This document shows positions 62,179 to 64,000 of a DNA stretch of 64,000 nucleotides, one piece after another. The position numbers were made by a program, and so were the translations under genes. Source of the DNA: Nitrospiraceae bacterium (GTDB lineage Bacteria; Nitrospirota; Nitrospiria; Nitrospirales; Nitrospiraceae); contig JBFWWG010000010.1 of assembly GCA_050246315.1 (NCBI GenBank), positions 1 through 64,000 of the forward strand, read 5' to 3'. The first letter of the stretch is position 1; every line of letters starts with the position of its first letter. The notes below the pieces were generated by a model. The model was not told the DNA's origin, searched no databases, and was given only the letters and a program-made list of their open reading frames with translations.

Positions 62179-62454
62179 TTATTGCGGCAGCATCCCGCCG
62201 GTAGCCTCCAACGCGCTAAGCCGTTGGCGGCCGGCTTCGGTCAACCGAAAGTGCATTCCGTCATCGTGCGCGTCTACATACCCCAAGTTCACGAGCGCTG
62301 CAAGGTACGGTGTGATTGCTTCCCTGCCACCGGCGAGTCCATCCCCATTTTCCACATACCACGGTCCATTTTCATCCTGCACACGCCGGAGGATGGCTCG
62401 AATAATCTGCCGACCTCGTTCGAGAACCTGAGCGACCTCCCGATCCTGTTCCAT
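62179..62454 (-). CDS. Small winged-helix-like hypothetical protein
   Basis: GGAGG RBS; LAALVNLGYV...FRLTEAG wing-like motif. Confidence 0.6.
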   Translation of the reverse strand: MEQDREVAQVLERGRQIIRAILRRVQDENGPWYVENGDGLAGGREAITPYLAALVNLGYVDAHDDGMHFRLTEAGRQRLSALEATGGMLPQ

Positions 62455-62531
62455 TTGATTCTCCTCCACCCGAACCTTCGCACTCCAAGCTAAGCGAGTC
62501 AGCATGATATCCTCACAATCTCAGACCCTCG

Positions 62532-62777
62532 TTAGGCGGCACGTTCGAAATGCACCGCGTTTGACGGTTCGACCGATACGGGTACGTCGTTCGTCAACTC
62601 ACTCGCGACCGTCACCAGACTCGCTTCATGCTGCCGGCGGTTGGCGTCCATCTGCGATTCCATCACGTTCCCACAGTTCATGCAGCGCATTGCCATAACC
62701 CAGTGCGGCCCCATCGTCTCCTGAAGATCGATGAAATAGTCTTCGACCATGAACCCTTGACATCGCGGACAGTTCAT
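62532..62777 (-). CDS. Small CxxC...CxxC zinc-ribbon protein
   Basis: MNCPRCQGFM...RCMNCG; GGAGGTG RBS. Confidence 0.8.
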   Translation of the reverse strand: MNCPRCQGFMVEDYFIDLQETMGPHWVMAMRCMNCGNVMESQMDANRRQHEASLVTVASELTNDVPVSVEPSNAVHFERAA

Positions 62778-63615
62778 CTCTCACCTCCTGGTCCTATCAT
62801 CCTTACCCGATTCTGTAGGCGTATGTTTCAAGGATAATGGCCAAGATTCAGATGGGTAGACCCGTTGAAGGTAGCTCGAAAGGAGGGAACTGGTACAATT
62901 AGGATACCGAAGCAACTCCGTGGACTTCGAGCGATGCGGCGATGTTCAAGGATTTTGAGTCAAGGATTGCGCTACTTATACCTCTGCCACGAGGTCGAAT
63001 TGGTTGTCCATTTAAATCCGTACACCCCTTCCGCTGTCCCTCCTGAGCAACGAGGAGATTCCCTCCTGCACCCGCTTTCCTCCCAGAAACCTCTTAGGAG
63101 GGGGCACGTCTTACATGATGCAGCCGTTGGGTACCATGCGCGGTCCAACAGACCACCGAGCACCGACCGACCGAAATTCCTGTTACTGAATCGACGTCCT
63201 ATCCTACTTGAGCAGTCCTGAGAGTTGGGGCGAATCAATGCAGCACTACTCAAGACAAGCGTGCGAGCGGCGCCACTCCTTTCGGTCAGAGTCTGATAGG
63301 GTGTGATCGGTAGCACCGGGCTTGTCGCCGAGTCAACCATGGCTTCCGGACACACCTGATGAACTGCCCTGACTGGTGCACAGAATGATGTGGACTAGGG
63401 CTCTTCTGAATCCGCGAAGTCGAGACATCGAGCATGTACGTACCCATACCTTACAATCCTCAAAACTCGTGGGTAGCGGACGACGGCGACATACGGAGAT
63501 GGCGGTCCGACCAGATGGACAGTGTCGGCGACGGGGTCGCTTGCCTTCAGCGGGCCTTCGGTCCATTCTATCGACCGGCTACAGGAGTGGCATGAGATTC
63601 TAGACGATCGGGAAG

Positions 63616-63691
63616 TGGTGAGCCGGCTGGGACTCGAACCCAGGGCCCTCGCCTTAAAAGGGCGATGCTCTACCGACTGAGCTACCGGCTC
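63616..63691 (-). tRNA. tRNA-Lys (TTT)
   Basis: GAGCCGGTAGCTCAG...TCGCC-CT-TTT-AA-GGCGA...GGTTCGAGTCCC...CCGGCTC-ACCA. Confidence 0.96.
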
Positions 63692-63744
63692 AACAGAAGG
63701 TGGGAAGGTATAAGCGAGATGCTGTCACCGGAGAAGGACCGCTG

Positions 63745-64000
63745 TCAACCCCGTCGGCTGGAACCCGCCCGCTGAGATGATCGCTTCTGGAGCGGGTGCT
63801 TTATCACGATCGTTTCGTGGCGTTTGGTTCCTGTCGAGACCAGATCAATCTGACAACCGGTCAACTCGTCGATCCGATCGAGATAGCGTCGCGCCAGCTT
63901 CGGTAACGCGGACCGTGAGGTGATGCCCGTCGTCGACGATTGCCAGCCCGACAGAGTTTCGTAAACGGGTTCGCAATGCGACAATCTATCAAGATCGGCT
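63745..64000 (-). CDS. purA: Adenylosuccinate synthetase, C-terminal part (begins outside the window)
   Basis: CEPVYETLSGW..STTG....LP..ARRYLDRIDEL.G..IDLVSTG..RHETI. Confidence 0.88.
   Translation of the reverse strand, partial: ADLDRLSHCEPVYETLSGWQSSTTGITSRSALPKLARRYLDRIDELTGCQIDLVSTGTKRHETIVIKHPLQKRSSQRAGSSRRG

Noticed and set aside
62800..63615. Riboswitch, ncRNA or integrase remnant in the long gap beside tRNA-Lys
   Set aside because: I found no recognisable aptamer, integrase motif or duplicated tRNA 3' end by eye. An Rfam scan would be needed.
1..64000. CRISPR array, prophage, retron/DGR or defence system
   Set aside because: No regularly spaced repeats and no cas, reverse transcriptase, phage structural or recognisable defence genes were seen.

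Overview
Bacterial chromosomal window. Gene content and protein styles (FGE/SUMF1-like protein, PilZ protein, small CxxC proteins, Myxococcus-type pilins) suggest a Nitrospira-like organism; this is inference, not a database result. Positions 1-22.4 kb are one minus-strand surface-glycan/type IV pilus locus: two sigma54-driven pilins, an O-antigen-ligase/OTase-TPR protein, a PilG/H/I-like ABC set, Wzm/Wzt, and many glycosyl- and methyltransferases, three of the methyltransferases being pseudogenes. Positions 22.5-34 kb are housekeeping genes (TPR protein, dnaB, hisZ, serA, class V aminotransferase, mltD, bioF). Positions 35.7-64 kb hold pilT/pilU, tRNA-Glu, ttcA, msrA, hrpB, yacG, NDH-2, SDRs, a Pal-like lipoprotein, small regulators, tRNA-Lys and the 3' end of purA. 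The most notable structure is a nested mobile system. A decayed IS110 element (34202-35362) keeps a recognisable bridge-RNA region and a junction promoter. It sits inside a small TIR-bounded MITE-like element (34009-35445), and its predicted target-guide segments match the reconstructed insertion site. A second, uninterrupted copy of the MITE (52649-52857; perfect 17-bp TIRs, CTAA target duplication) carries the homologous empty site, with a compensatory base-pair change in the targeted hairpin. This suggests an RNA-guided element that targets a dispersed MITE family. Start codons were chosen by eye and are approximate.
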